Assembly (NCBI RefSeq): GCF_009914755.1
Contig: NC_060947.1
From: the human T2T-CHM13v2.0 reference genome, Homo sapiens
Strand: one strand, 5' to 3'
DNA: 64,000 bases
Shown piece after piece: positions 12,501-27,500 of this stretch (positions within the stretch are counted from its first letter, which is position 1; every line of letters begins with the position of its first letter). Both the position numbers and the translations under genes were made by a program. The notes under the pieces were generated by a model, which was not told where the DNA came from, searched no databases, and saw only the letters and a list, made by a program, of their open reading frames with translations.

Positions 12501-15500
12501 CAAAAGGATTGTTCAACTCTGTGAGTTGAATGCAGTCATCGCAGAAAACTTTCTGAGAATGCTTCTGTCTAGGTTTGATGTGAAGATATAGACGTTTCAA
12601 ACGAAGGCTACAAAGTGGTCAAAATATACACTTGCAGATTCTACTACAAGGGTGTTGCAAACCTCAACTATCAAAGGAAGGTTCAACTCTGTGAGACGAA
12701 TGCAAACATCACAAAGAATGTTCTGAGTTTGCTTCCGTTCAGTTATGGGAAGTTGATCCCGTTTCCAACGAAATCCTCAGAGAGGTCCAAATATCCCCTT
12801 GCAGATTCTACAAAACGTGTGTTTGGAAACTGCTCCATCATAACGAATGTTCAGCTCTCTGAGTTAAACTCCATCGTCACAAAGAATTTTCTGAGAGTGC
12901 TACCGTCTACTTTTTATATGAAGTTCTTTGCTTTACTACCACAGGCCTCAAAGCGGTCCAAATCTCCACTTGCAGATTCTACAAAAAGAGTGTTTGCAAA
13001 CTGCTCTATCAAAAGGAATGTTCAACTCTGGGAGTTGAATGCAATCATCACAGAGCAGTTTCTGAGAATGCTTCTATGTCGTTTTTAGGAGAAGATATTT
13101 CCTTTTCCAACACAGTCCTCCAAACCCGCTAAATATCCACTTGCACATTGTAGAAAAAGTGTGTCGAAGCTGCGCTATCAAAGGGAAAGTTCAACTCTGT
13201 GAGGTGAATGCAAACATCCCAAAGAAGTTTCTGAGAATGCTTCCGTTTAGCTTTAAGTGACGATTATCCCGTTTCCAACGAAATCTTCAAAGAGGTCCAA
13301 ATATCCCCTTGCGGATCCCACAGAAAGAGTGTTTCGAAACTGCTGTTTCAAAAGGAATCTTCAACTCTGTGAGTTGAATGCAATCATCACAAAGAAGTTT
13401 CTGACAATGCTTCTCTCTCGTCTTTCTGTGAAGATAAAGGAAAAGGCTTTCAGGCCATTTCCACCACAGGCCTGAAAGCGCTCCAAATGTCCACTTGCAG
13501 ATTCTGCCAAAAGAATATTTCAAAACTGCTCTATGAAAAGCAATGTTAAACTCTGCGGCTCGAACACAAACATCACAAAGCAGTTTCTGAGAATGCTTCA
13601 GTTTAGTTTTTCTGTGGAAATATTCCCGTTTCCAAAGAAATCTTCAAAGAGGTCCACGCATCCACTTACAGATTCTACAAAAAGACAGTTTCAAAACTGC
13701 TCAATCAAAAGGAGGGTTCAACTGTGTGACTTGAATGCATTCATCACTCAGAAGTTTCTGAGAACGCTTCTCTTTAGTTTTTACGTGAACATATACCCGT
13801 TTCGAACGAAGGCCAGCCAGTGGTCCAAATATCCACTTGCAGATTCTACAGAAAGAGTGTTTTGAACCTGAACTCTCAAAGGCAGGTTCATCTCTGCGAG
13901 TTAAATGCATTCATCATGAAGAACTTTCTCAGCGTGTTTGTGTTTAGTTATGGGAAATTATTCCCGTTTCCAACGAAATCCTCAGAGAGCTCCAAATATC
14001 CACCTGCAGATTCTACCAAAAGTGTATTTGGAAACTGCTCCATGAAAAGGCATGTTCAGCTCTGTGAGTGAAACTCCGTCATCACAAAGAATATTCTGAG
14101 AATGCTTCAGTTTGCCTTTTATATGAAGTTCCCTCCTATACTACCGTAGGCCTCAAAGCAGTCCAAATCTCCATTTGCAGATTCTACAAAAAGAGTGATT
14201 CCAATCTGCTCTATCAATAGGATTGTTCAACTCCATGAGTTGAATGCCATCCTCACAAAGTAGTTTCTGAGAATGCTTCTATGTAGTTTTTATGTGAAGA
14301 TATTTCCTTTTCCACCACAGGCCTCAAAGCCCTCCAAACGTCCACTTGCAGATTCTCGAAAAAGAGTGTTTCATAGCTGCTCTTTCAAAAGGAAAGTTCA
14401 ACTCTGGGAGTTGAATACAAACATCACAAAGTAGTTTCCGAGAATGCTTCTGTTTAGTTCTTATGTGAAGATGATCCCGTTTCCAGTGAAATCTTCAAAG
14501 AGGTCCACATATCCCCTTGCAGATTCCAAAGAAAGAGGGTTTCAAAACTGCTCCATCAAAAGGATTGTTCAACTCTGTGAGTTGAATGCAGTCATCGCAG
14601 AAAACTTTCTGAGAATGCTTCTGTCTAGGTTTGAGGTGAAGATATTGACGTTTCAAACGAAGGCTACAAAGTGGTCAACATATACACTTGCAGATTCTAC
14701 TACAAGGGTGTTGCAAACCTCAACTATCAAAGGAAGGTTCAACTCTGTGAGATGAATGCAAACATCACAAAGAATGTTCTGAGTTTGCTTCCGTTCAGTT
14801 ATGGGAAGTTGATCCCGTTTCCAACGAAATCCTCAGAGAGGTCCAAATATCCCCTTGCAGATTCTACAAAACGTGTGTTTGGAAACTGCTCCATCATAAC
14901 GAATGTTCAGCTCTCTGAGTTAAACTCCATCGTCACAAAGAATTTTCTGAGGGTGCTACCTTCTAGTTTTTATATGAAGTTCTTTCCTTTACTACCACAG
15001 GCCTCAAAGCGGTCCAAATCTCCACTTGCAGATTCTACAAAAAGAGTGTTTGCAAACTGCTCTATCAAAAGGAATGTTCAACTCTGGGAGTTGAATGCAA
15101 TCATCACAGAGCAGTTTCTGAGAATGCTTCTATGTCGTTTTTAGGAGAAGATATTTCCTTTTCCAACACAGTCCTCCAAGCCCGCTAAATATCCACTTGC
15201 ACATTGTAGAAAAAGTGTGTCGAAGCTGCGCTATCAAAGGGAAAGTTCAACTCTGTGAGGTGAATGCAAACATCCCAAAGAAGTTTCTGAGAATGCTTCC
15301 GTTTAGCTTTAAGTGAAGATTATCCCGTTTCCAACGAAATCTTCAAAGAGGTCCAAATATCCCCTTGCGGATCCCACAGAAAGAGTGTTTCGAAACTGCT
15401 GTTTCAAAAGGAATCTTCAACTCTGTGAGTTGAATGCAATCATCACAAAGAAGTTTCTGACAATGCTTCTCTCTCGTCTTTCTGTGAAGATAAAGGAAAA

Positions 15501-18500
15501 GGCTTTCAGGCCATTTCCACCACAGGCCTGAAAGCGCTCCAAATGTCCACTTGCAGATTCTGCCAAAAGAATATTTCAAAACTGCTCTATGAAAAGCAAT
15601 GTTAAACTCTGCGGCTCGAACACAAACATCACAAAGCAGTTTCTGAGAATGCTTCAGTTTAGTTTTTCTGTGGAAATATTCCCGTTTCCAAAGAAATCTT
15701 CAAAGAGGTCCACGCATCCACTTACAGATTCTACAAAAAGACAGTTTCAAAACTGCTCAATCAAAAGGAGGGTTCAACTGTGTGACTTGAATGCATTCAT
15801 CACTCAGAAGTTTCTGAGAACGCTTCTCTTTAGTTTTTACGTGAACATATACCCGTTTCGAATGAAGGCCAGCCAGTGGTCCAAATATCCACTTGCAGAT
15901 TCTACAGAAAGAGTGTTTTGAACCTGAACTCTCAAAGGCAGGTTCATCTCTGCGAGTTAAATGCATTCATCATGAAGAACTTTCTCAGCGTGTTTGTGTT
16001 TAGTTATGGGAAATTATTCCCGTTTCCAACGAAATCCTCAGAGAGCTCCAAATATCCACCTGCAGATTCTACCAAAAGTGTATTTGGAAACTGCTCCATG
16101 AAAAGGCATGTTCAGCTCCGTGAGTGAAACTCCGTCATCACAAAGAATATTCTGAGAATGCTTCCGTTTGCCTTTTATATGAAGTTCCTTCCTATACTAC
16201 CGTAGGCCTCAAAGCAGTCCAAATCTCCATTTGCAGATTCTACAAAAAGAGTGATTCCAATCTGCTCTATCAATAGGATTGTTCAACTCCATGAGTTGAA
16301 TGCCATCCTCACAAAGTAGTTTCTGAGAATGCTTCTATGTAGTTTTTATGTGAAGATATTTCCTTTTCCACCACAGGCCTCAAAGCCCTCCAAACGTCCA
16401 CTTGCAGATTCCCGAAAAAGAGTGTTTCATAGCTGCTCTTTCAAAAGGAAAGTTCAACTCTGGGAGTTGAATACAAACATCACAAAGTAGTTTCCGAGAA
16501 TGCTTCTGTTTAGTTCTTATGTGAAGATGATCCCGTTTCCAGTGAAATCTTCAAAGAGGTCCACATATCCCCTTGCAGATTCCAAAAAAAGAGGGTTTCA
16601 AAACTGCTCCATCAAAAGGATTGTTCAACTCTGTGAGTTGAATGCAGTTATCGCAGAAAACTTTCTGAGAATGCTTCTGTCTAGGTTTGATGTGAAGATA
16701 TAGACGTTTCAAACGAAGGCTACAAAGTGGTCAAAATATACACTTGCAGATTCTACTACAAGGGTGATGCAAACCTCAACTATCAAAGGAAGGTTCAACT
16801 CTGTGAGATGAATGCAAACATCACAAAGAATGTTCTGAGTTTGCTTCCGTTCAGTTATGGGAAGTTGATCCCGTTTCCAACGAAATCCTCAGAGAGGTCC
16901 AAATATCCCCTTGCAGATTCTACAAAACGTGTGTTTGGAAACTGCTCCATCATAACGAATGTTCAGCTCTCTGAGTTAAACTCCATCGTCACAAAGAATT
17001 TTCTGAGAGTGCTACCGTCTAGTTTTTATATGAAGTTCTTTCCTTTACTACCACAGGCCTCAAAGCGGTCCAAATCTCCACTTGCAGATTCTACAAAAAG
17101 AGTGTTTGCAAACTGCTCTATCAAAAGGAATGTTCAACTCTAGGAGTTGAATGCAATCATCACAGAGCAGTTTCTGAGAATGCTTCTATGTCGTTTTTAG
17201 GAGAAGATATTTCCTTTTCCAACACAGTCCTCCAAGCCCGCTAAATATCCACTTGCACATTGTAGAAAAAGTGTGTCGAAGCTGCGCTATCAAAGGGAAA
17301 GTTCAACTCTGTGAGGTGAATGCAAACATCCCAAAGAAGTTTCTGAGAATGCTTCCGTTTAGCTTTAAGTGAAGATTATCCCGTTTCCAACGAAATCTTC
17401 AAAGAGGTCCAAATATCCCCTTGCGGATCCCACAGAAAGAGTGTTTCGAAACTGCTGTTTCAAAAGGAATCTTCAACTCTGTGAGTTGAATGCAATCATC
17501 ACAAAGAAGTTTCTGACAATGCTTCTCTCTCGTCTTTCTGTGAAGATAAAGGAAAAGGCTTTCAGGCCATTTCCACCACAGGCCTGAAAGCGCTCCAAAT
17601 GTCCACTTGCAGATTCTGCCAAAAGAATATTTCAAAACTGCTCTATGAAAAGCAATGTTAAACTCTGCGGCTCGAACACAAACATCACAAAGCAGTTTCT
17701 GAGAATGCTTCAGTTTAGTTTTTCTGTGGAAATATTCCCGTTTCCAAAGAAATCTTCAAAGAGGTCCACGCATCCACTTACAGATTCTACAAAAAGACAG
17801 TTTCAAAACTGCTCAATCAAAAGGAGGGTTCAACTGTGTGACTTGAATGCATTCATCACTCAGAAGTTTCTGAGAACGCTTCTCTTTAGTTTTTACGTGA
17901 ACATATACCCGTTTCGAACGAAGGCCAGCCAGTGGTCCAAATATCCACTTGCAGATTCTACAGAAAGAGTGTTTTGAACCTGAACTCTCAAAGGCAGGTT
18001 CATCTCTGCGAGTTAAATGCATTCATCATGAAGAACTTTCTCAGCGTGTTTGTGTTTAGTTATGGGAAATTATTCCCGTTTCCAACGAAATCCTCAGAGA
18101 GCTCCAAATATCCACCTGCAGATTCTACCAAAAGTGTATTTGGAAACTGCTCCATGAAAAGGCATGTTCAGCTCTGTGAGTGAAACTCCGTCATCACAAA
18201 GAATATTCTGAGAATGCTTCCGTTTGCCTTTTATATGAAGTTCCTTCCTATACTACCGTAGGCCTCAAAGCAGTCCAAATCTCCATTTGCAGATTCTACA
18301 AAAAGAGTGATTCCAATCTGCTCTATCAATAGGATTGTTCAACTCCATGAGTTGAATGCCATCCTCACAAAGTAGTTTCTGAGAATGCTTCTATGTAGTT
18401 TTTAAGTGAAGATATTTCCTTTTCCACCACAGGCCTCAAAGCCCTCCAAACGTCCACTTGCAGATTCCCGAAAAAGAGTGTTTCATAGCTGCTCTTTCAA

Positions 18501-21500
18501 AAGGAAAGTTCAACTCTGGGAGTTGAATACAAACATCACAAAGTAGTTTCCGAGAATGCTTCTGTTTAGTTCTTATGTGAAGATGATGCCGTTTCCAGTG
18601 AAATATTCAAAGAGGTCCACATATCCCCTTGCAGATTCCAAAGAAAGAGGGTTTCAAAACTGCTCCATCAAAAGGATTGTTCAACTCTGTGAGTTGAATG
18701 CAGTCATCGCAGAAAACTTTCTGAGAATGCTTCTGTCTAGGTTTGATGTGAAGATATAGACGTTTCAAACGAAGGCTACAAAGTGGTCAAAATATACACT
18801 TGCAGATTCTACTACAAGGGTGTTGCAAACCTCAACTATCAAAGGAAGGTTCAACTCTGTGAGATGAATGCAAACATCACAAAGAATGTTCTGAGTTTGC
18901 TTCCGTTCAGTTATGGGAAGTTGATCCCGTTTCCAACGAAATCCTCAGAGAGGTCCAAATATCCCCTTGCAGATTCTACAAAACGTGTGTTTGGAAACTG
19001 CTCTATCATAACGAATGTTCAGCTCTCTGAGTTAAACTCCATCGTCACAAAGAATTTTCTGAGACTGCTACCGTCTACTTTTTATATGAAGTTCTTTCCT
19101 TTACTACCACAGGCCTCAAAGCGGTCCAAATCTCCACTTGCAGATTCTACAAAAAGAGTGTTTGCAAATTGCTCTATCAAAAGGAATGTTCAACTCTGGG
19201 AGTTGAATGCAATCATCACAGAGCAGTTTCTGAGAATGCTTCTATGTCGTTTTTAGGAGAAGATATTTCCTTTTCCAACACAGTCCTCCAAGCCCGCTAA
19301 ATATCCACTTGCACATTGTAGAAAAAGTGTGTCGAAGCTGCGCTATCAAAGGGAAAGTTCAACTCTGTGAGGTGAATGCAAACATCCCAAAGAAGTTTCT
19401 GAGAATGCTTCCGTTTAGCTTTAAGTGAAGATTATCCCGTTTCCAACGAAATCTTCAAAGAGGTCCAAATATCCCCTTGCGGATCCCACAGAAAGAGTGT
19501 TTCGAAACTGCTGTTTCAAAAGGAATCTTCAACTCTGTGAGTTGAATGCAATCATCACAAAGAAGTTTCTGACAATGCTTCTCTCTCGTCTTTCTGTGAA
19601 GATAAAGGAAAAGGCTTTCAGGCCATTTCCACCACAGGCCTGAAAGCGCTCCAAATGTCCACTTGCAGATTCTGCCAAAAGAATATTTCAAAACTGCTCT
19701 ATGAAAAGCAATGTTAAACTCTGCGGCTCGAACACAAACATCACAAAGCAGTTTCTGAGAATGCTTCAGTTTAGTTTTTCTGTGGAAATATTCCCGTTTC
19801 CAAAGAAATCTTCAAAGAGGTCCACGCATCCACTTACAGATTCTACAAAAAGACAGTTTCAAAACTGCTCAATCAAAAGGAGGGTTCAACTGTGTGACTT
19901 GAATGCATTCATCACTCAGAAGTTTCTGAGAACGCTTCTCTTTAGTTTTTACGTGAACATATACCCGTTTCGAACGAAGGCCAGCCAGTGGTCCAAATAT
20001 CCACTTGCAGATTCTACAGAAAGAGTGTTTTGAACCTGAACTCTCAAAGGCAGGTTCATCTCTGCGAGTTAAATGCATTCATCATGAAGAACTTTCTCAG
20101 CGTGTTTGTGTTTAGTTATGGGAAATTATTCCCGTTTCCAACGAAATCCTCAGAGAGCTCCAAATATCCACCTGCAGATTCTACCAAAAGTGTATTTGGA
20201 AACTGCTCCATGAAAAGGCATGTTCAGCTCTGTGAGTGAAACTCCGTCATCACAAAGAATATTCTGAGAATGCTTCCGTTTGCCTTTTATATGAAGTTCC
20301 TTCCTATACTACCGTAGGCCTCAAAGCAGTCCAAATCTCCATTTGCAGATTCTACAAAAAGAGTGATTCCAATCTGCTCTATCAATAGGATTGTTCAACT
20401 CCATGAGTTGAATGCCATCCTCACAAAGTCGTTTCTGAGAATGCTTCTATGTAGTTTTTATGTGAAGATATTTCCTTTTCCACCACAGGCCTCAAAGCCC
20501 TCCAAACGTCCACTTGCAGATTCTCGAAAAAGAGTGTTTCATAGCTGCTCTTTCAAAAGGAAAGTTCAACTCTGGGAGTTGAATACAAACATCACAAAGT
20601 AGTTTCCGAGAATGCTTCTGTTTAGTTCTTATGTGAAGATGATCCCGTTTCCAGTGAAATCTTCAAAGAGGTCCACATATCCCCTTGCAGATTCCAAAGA
20701 AAGAGGGTTTCAAAACTGCTCCATCAAAAGGATTGTTCAACTCTGTGAGTTGAATGCAGTCATCGCAGAAAACTTTCTGAGAATGCTTCTGTCTAGGTTT
20801 GATGTGAAGATATAGACGTTTCAAACGAAGGCTACAAAGTGGTCAAAATATACACTTGCAGATTCTACTACAAGGGTGTTGCAAACCTCAACTATCAAAG
20901 GAAGGTTCAACTCTGTGAGATGAATGCAAACATCACAAAGAATGTTCTGAGTTTGCTTCCGTTCAGTTATGGGAAGTTGATCCCGTTTCCAACGAAATCC
21001 TCAGAGAGGTCCAAATATCCCCTTGCAGATTCTACAAAACGTGTGTTTGGAAACTGCTCCATCATAACGAATGTTCAGCTCTCTGAGTTAAACTCCATCG
21101 TCACAAAGAATTTTCTGAGGGTGCTACCTTCTAGTTTTTATATGAAGTTCTTTCCTTTACTACCACAGGCCTCAAAGCGGTCCAAATCTCCACTTGCAGA
21201 TTCTACAAAAAGAGTGTTTGCAAATTGCTCTATCAAAAGGAATGTTCAACTCTGGGAGTTGAATGCAATCATCACAGAGCAGTTTCTGAGAATGCTTCTA
21301 TGTCGTTTTTAGGAGAAGATATTTCCTTTTCCAACACAGTCCTCCAAGCCCGCTAAATATCCACTTACACATTGTAGAAAAAGTGTGTCGAAGCTGCGCT
21401 ATCAAAGGGAAAGTTCAACTCTGTGAGGTGAATGCAAACATCCCAAAGAAGTTTCTGAGAATGCTTCCGTTTAGCTTTAAGTGAAGATTATCCCGTTTCC

Positions 21501-24500
21501 AACGAAATCTTCAAAGAGGTCCAAATATCCCCTTGCGGATCCCACAGAAAGAGTGTTTCGAAACTGCTGTTTCAAAAGGAATCTTCAACTCTGTGAGTTG
21601 AATGCAATCATCACAAAGAAGTTTCTGACAATGCTTCTCTCTCGTCTTTCTGTGAAGATAAAGGAAAAGGCTTTCAGGCCATTTCCACCACAGGCCTGAA
21701 AGCGCTCCACATGTCCACTTGCAGATTCTGCCAAAAGAATATTTCAAAACTGCTCTATGAAAAGCAATGTTAAACTCTGCGGCTCGAACACAAACATCAC
21801 AAAGCAGTTTCTGAGAATGCTTCAGTTTAGTTTTTCTGTGGAAATATTCCCGTTTCCAAAGAAATCTTCAAAGAGGTCCACGCATCCACTTACAGATTCT
21901 ACAAAAAGACAGTTTCAAAACTGCTCAATCAAAAGGAGGGTTCAACTGTGTGACTTGAATGCATTCATCACTCAGAAGTTTCTGAGAACGCTTCTCTTTA
22001 GTTTTTACGTGAACATATACCCGTTTCGAACGAAGGCCAGCCAGTGGTCCAAATATCCACTTGCAGATTCTACAGAAAGAGTGTTTTGAACCTGAACTCT
22101 CAAAGGCAGGTTCATCTCTGCGAGTTAAATGCATTCATCATGAAGAACTTTCTCAGCGTGTTTGTGTTTAGTTATGGGAAATTATTCCCGTTTCCAACGA
22201 AATCCTCAGAGAGCTCCAAATATCCACCTGCAGATTCTACCAAAAGTGTATTTGGAAACTGCTCCATGAAAAGGCATGTTCAGCTCTGTGAGTGAAACTC
22301 CGTCATCACAAAGAATATTCTGAGAATGCTTCCGTTTGCCTTTTATATGAAGTTCCTTCCTATACTACCGTAGGCCTCAAAGCAGTCCAAATCTCCATTT
22401 GCAGATTCTACAAAAAGAGTGATTCCAATCTGCTCTATCAATAGGATTGTTCAACTCCATGAGTTGAATGCCATCCTCACAAAGTCGTTTCTGAGAATGC
22501 TTCTATGTAGTTTTTATGTGAAGATATTTCCTTTTCCACCACAGGCCTCAAAGCCCTCCAAACGTCCACTTGCAGATTCTCGAAAAAGAGTGTTTCATAG
22601 CTGCTCTTTCAAAAGGAAAGTTCAACTCTGGGAGTTGAATACAAACATCACAAAGTAGTTTCCGAGAATGCTTCTGTTTAGTTCTTATGTGAAGATGATC
22701 CCGTTTCCAGTGAAATATTCAAAGAGGTCCACATATCCCCTTGCAGATTCCAAAAAAAGAGGGTTTCAAAACTGCTCCATCAAAAGGATTGTTCAACTCT
22801 GTGAGTTGAATGCAGTCATCGCAGAAAACTTTCTGAGAATGCTTCTGTCTAGGTTTGATGTGAAGATATAGACGTTTCAAACGAAGGCTACAAAGTGGTC
22901 AAAATATACACTTGCAGATTCTCCTACAAGGGTGCTGCAAACCTCAACTATCAAAGGAAGGTTCAACTCTGTGAGATGAATGCAAACATCACAAAGAATG
23001 TTCTGAGTTTGCTTCCGTTCAGTTATGGGAAGTTGATCCCGTTTCCAACGAAATCCTCAGAGAGGTCCAAATATCCCCTTGCAGATTCTACAAAACGTGT
23101 GTTTGGAAACTGCTCCATCATAACGAATGTTCAGCTCTCTGAGTTAAACTCCATCGTCACAAAGAATTTTCTGAGAGTGCTACCGTCTGGTTTTTATATG
23201 AAGTTCTTTCCTTTACTACCACAGGCCTCAAAGCGGTCCAAATCTCCACTTGCAGATTCTACAAAAAGAGTGTTTGCAAACTGCTCTATCAAAAGGAATG
23301 TTCAACTCTGGGAGTTGAATGCAATCATCACAGAGCAGTTTCTGAGAATGCTTCTATGTCGTTTTTAGGAGAAGATATTTCCTTTTCCAACACAGTCCTC
23401 CAAGCCCGCTAAATATCCACTTGCACATTGTAGAAAAAGTGTGTCGAAGCTGCGCTATCAAAGGGAAAGTTCAACTCTGTGAGGTGAATGCAAACATCCC
23501 AAAGAAGTTTCTGAGAATGCTTCCGTTTAGCTTTAAGTGAAGATTATCCCGTTTCCAACGAAATCTTCAAAGAGGTCCAAATATCCCCTTGCGGATCCCA
23601 CAGAAAGAGTGTTTCGAAACTGCTGTTTCAAAAGGAATCTTCAACTCTGTGAGTTGAATGCAATCATCACAAAGAAGTTTCTGACAATGCTTCTCTCTCG
23701 TCTTTCTGTGAAGATAAAGGAAAAGGCTTTCAGGCCATTTCCACCACAGGCCTGAAAGCGCTCCAAATGTCCACTTGCAGATTCTGCCAAAAGAATATTT
23801 CAAAACTGCTCTATGAAAAGCAATGTTAAACTCTGCGGCTCGAACACAAACATCACAAAGCAGTTTCTGAGAATGCTTCAGTTTAGTTTTTCTGTGGAAA
23901 TATTCCCGTTTCCAAAGAAATCTTCAAAGAGGTCCACGCATCCACTTACAGATTCTACAAAAAGACAGTTTCAAAACTGCTCAATCAAAAGGAGGGTTCA
24001 ACTGTGTGACTTGAATGCATTCATCACTCAGAAGTTTCTGAGAACGCTTCTCTTTAGTTTTTACGTGAACATATACCCGTTTCGAACGAAGGCCAGCCAG
24101 TGGTCCAAATATCCACTTGCAGATTCTACAGAAAGAGTGTTTTGAACCTGAACTCTCAAAGGCAGGTTCATCTCTGCGAGTTAAATGCATTCATCATGAA
24201 GAACTTTCTCAGCGTGTTTGTGTTTAGTTATGGGAAATTATTCCCGTTTCCAACGAAATCCTCAGAGAGCTCCAAATATCCACCTGCAGATTGTACCAAA
24301 ACTGTATTTGGAAACTGCTCCATGAAAAGGCATGTTCAGCTCTCTGAGTGAAACTCCGTCATCACAAAGAATATTCTGAGAATGCTTCCGTTTGCCTTTT
24401 ATATGAAGTTCCTTCCTATACTACCATAGGCCTCAAAGCAGTCCAAATCTCCATTTGCAGATTCTACAAAAAGAGTGATTCCAATGTGCTCTATCAATAG

Positions 24501-27500
24501 GATTGTTCAACTCCATGAGTTGAATGCCATCCTCACAAAGTAGTTTCTGAGAATGCTTCTATGTAGTTTTTATGTGAAGATATTTCCTTTTCCACCACAG
24601 GCCTCAAAGCCCTCCAAACGTCCACTTGCAGATTCTCGAAAAAGAGTGTTTCATAGCTGCTCTTTCAAAAGGAAAGTTCAACTCTGGGAGTTGAATACAA
24701 ACATCACAAAGTAGTTTCCGAGAATGCTTCTGTTTAGTTCTTATGTGAAGATGATCCCGTTTCCAGTGAAATATTCAAAGAGGTCCACATATCCCCTTGC
24801 AGATTCCAAAAAAAGAGGGTTTCAAAACTGCTCCATCAAAAGGATTGTTCAACTCTGTGAGTTGAATGCAGTCATCGCAGAAAACTTTCTGAGAATGCTT
24901 CTGTCTAGGTGTGATGTGAAGATATAGACGTTTCAAACGAAGGCTACAAAGTGGTCAAAATATACACTTGCAGATTCTCCTACAAGGGTGCTGCAAACCT
25001 CAACTATCAAAGGAAGGTTCAACTCTGTGAGATGAATGCAAACATCACAAAGAATGTTCTGAGTTTGCTTCCGTTCAGTTATGGGAAGTTGATCCCGTTT
25101 CCAACGAAATCCTCAGAGAGGTCCAAATATCCCCTTGCAGATTCTACAAAACGTGTGTTTGGAAACTGCTCCATCATAACGAATGTTCAGCTCTCTGAGT
25201 TAAACTCCATCGTCACAAAGAATTTTCTGAGAGTGCTACCGTCTAGTTTTTATATGAAGTTCTTTCCTTTACTACCACAGGCCTCAAAGCGGTCCAAATC
25301 TCCACTTGCAGATTCTACAAAAAGAGTGTTTGCAAACTGCTCTATCAAAAGGAATGTTCAACTCTGGGAGTTGAATGCAATCATCACAGAGCAGTTTCTG
25401 AGAATGCTTCTATGTCGTTTTTAGGAGAAGATATTTCCTTTTCCAACACAGTCCTCCAAGCCCGCTAAATATCCACTTGCACATTGTAGAAAAAGTGTGT
25501 CGAAGCTGCGCTATCAAAGGGAAAGTTCAACTCTGTGAGGTGAATGCAAACATCCCAAAGAAGTTTCTGAGAATGCTTCCGTTTAGCTTTAAGTGAAGAT
25601 TATCCCGTTTCCAACGAAATCTTCAAAGAGGTCCAAATATCCCCTTGCGGATCCCACAGAAAGAGTGTTTCGAAACTGCTGTTTCAAAAGGAATCTTCAA
25701 CTCTGTGAGTTGAATGCAATCATCACAAAGAAGTTTCTGACAATGCTTCTCTCTCGTCTTTCTGTGAAGATAAAGGAAAAGGCTTTCAGGCCATTTCCAC
25801 CACAGGCCTGAAAGCGCTCCAAATGTCCACTTGCAGATTCTGCCAAAAGAATATTTCAAAACTGCTCTATGAAAAGCAATGTTAAACTCTGCGGCTCGAA
25901 CACAAACATCACAAAGCAGTTTCTGAGAATGCTTCAGTTTAGTTTTTCTGTGGAAATATTCCCGTTTCCAAAGAAATCTTCAAAGAGGTCCACGCATCCA
26001 CTTACAGATTCTACAAAAAGACAGTTTCAAAACTGCTCAATCAAAAGGAGGGTTCAACTGTGTGACTTGAATGCATTCATCACTCAGAAGTTTCTGAGAA
26101 CGCTTCTCTTTAGTTTTTACGTGAACATATACCCGTTTCGAACGAAGGCCAGCCAGTGGTCCAAATATCCACTTGCAGATTCTACAGAAAGAGTGTTTTG
26201 AACCTGAACTCTCAAAGGCAGGTTCATCTCTGCGAGTTAAATGCATTCATCATGAAGAACTTTCTCAGCGTGTTTGTGTTTAGTTATGGGAAATTATTCC
26301 CGTTTCCAACGAAATCCTCAGAGAGCTCCAAATATCCACCTGCAGATTGTACCAAAACTGTATTTGGAAACTGCTCCATGAAAAGGCATGTTCAGCTCTC
26401 TGAGTGAAACTCCGTCATCACAAAGAATATTCTGAGAATGCTTCCGTTTGCCTTTTATATGAAGTTCCTTCCTATACTACCGTAGGCCTCAAAGCAGTCC
26501 AAATCTCCATTTGCAGATTCTACAAAAAGAGTGATTCCAATCTGCTCTATCAATAGGATTGTTCAACTCCATGAGTTGAATGCCATCCTCACAAAGTCGT
26601 TTCTGAGAATGCTTCTATGTAGTTTTTATGTGAAGATATTTCCTTTTCCACCACAGGCCTCAAAGCCCTCCAAACGTCCACTTGCAGATTCTCGAAAAAG
26701 AGTGTTTCATAGCTGCTCTTTCAAAAGGAAAGTTCAACTCTGGGAGTTGAATACAAACATCACAAAGTAGTTTCCGAGAATGCTTCTGTTTAGTTCTTAT
26801 GTGAAGATGATCCCGTTTCCAGAGAAATCTTCAAAGAGGTCCACATATCCCCTTGCAGATTCCAAAAAAAGAGGGTTTCAAAACTGCTCCATCAAAAGGA
26901 TTGTTCAACTCTGTGAGTTGAATGCAGTCATCGCAGAAAACTTTCTGAGAATGCTTCTGTCTAGGTTTGATGTGAAGATATAGACGTTTCAAACGAAGGC
27001 TACAAAGTGGTCAAAATATACACTTGCAGATTCTCCTACAAGGGTGCTGCAAACCTCAACTATCAAAGGAAGGTTCAACTCTGTGAGATGAATGCAAACA
27101 TCACAAAGAATGTTCTGAGTTTGCTTCCGTTCAGTTATGGGAAGTTGATCCCGTTTCCAACGAAATCCTCAGAGAGGTCCAAATATCCCCTTGCAGATTC
27201 TACAAAACGTGTGTTTGGAAACTGCTCCATCATAACGAATGTTCAGCTCTCTGAGTTAAACTCCATCGTCACAAAGAATTTTCTGAGAGTGCTACCGTCT
27301 AGTTTTTATATGAAGTTCTTTCCTTTACTACCACAGGCCTCAAAGCGGTCCAAATCTCCACTTGCAGATTCTACAAAAAGAGTGTTTGCAAACTGCTCTA
27401 TCAAAAGGAATGTTCAACTCTGGGAGTTGAATGCAATCATCACAGAGCAGTTTCTGAGAATGCTTCTATGTCGTTTTTAGGAGAAGATATTTCCTTTTCC

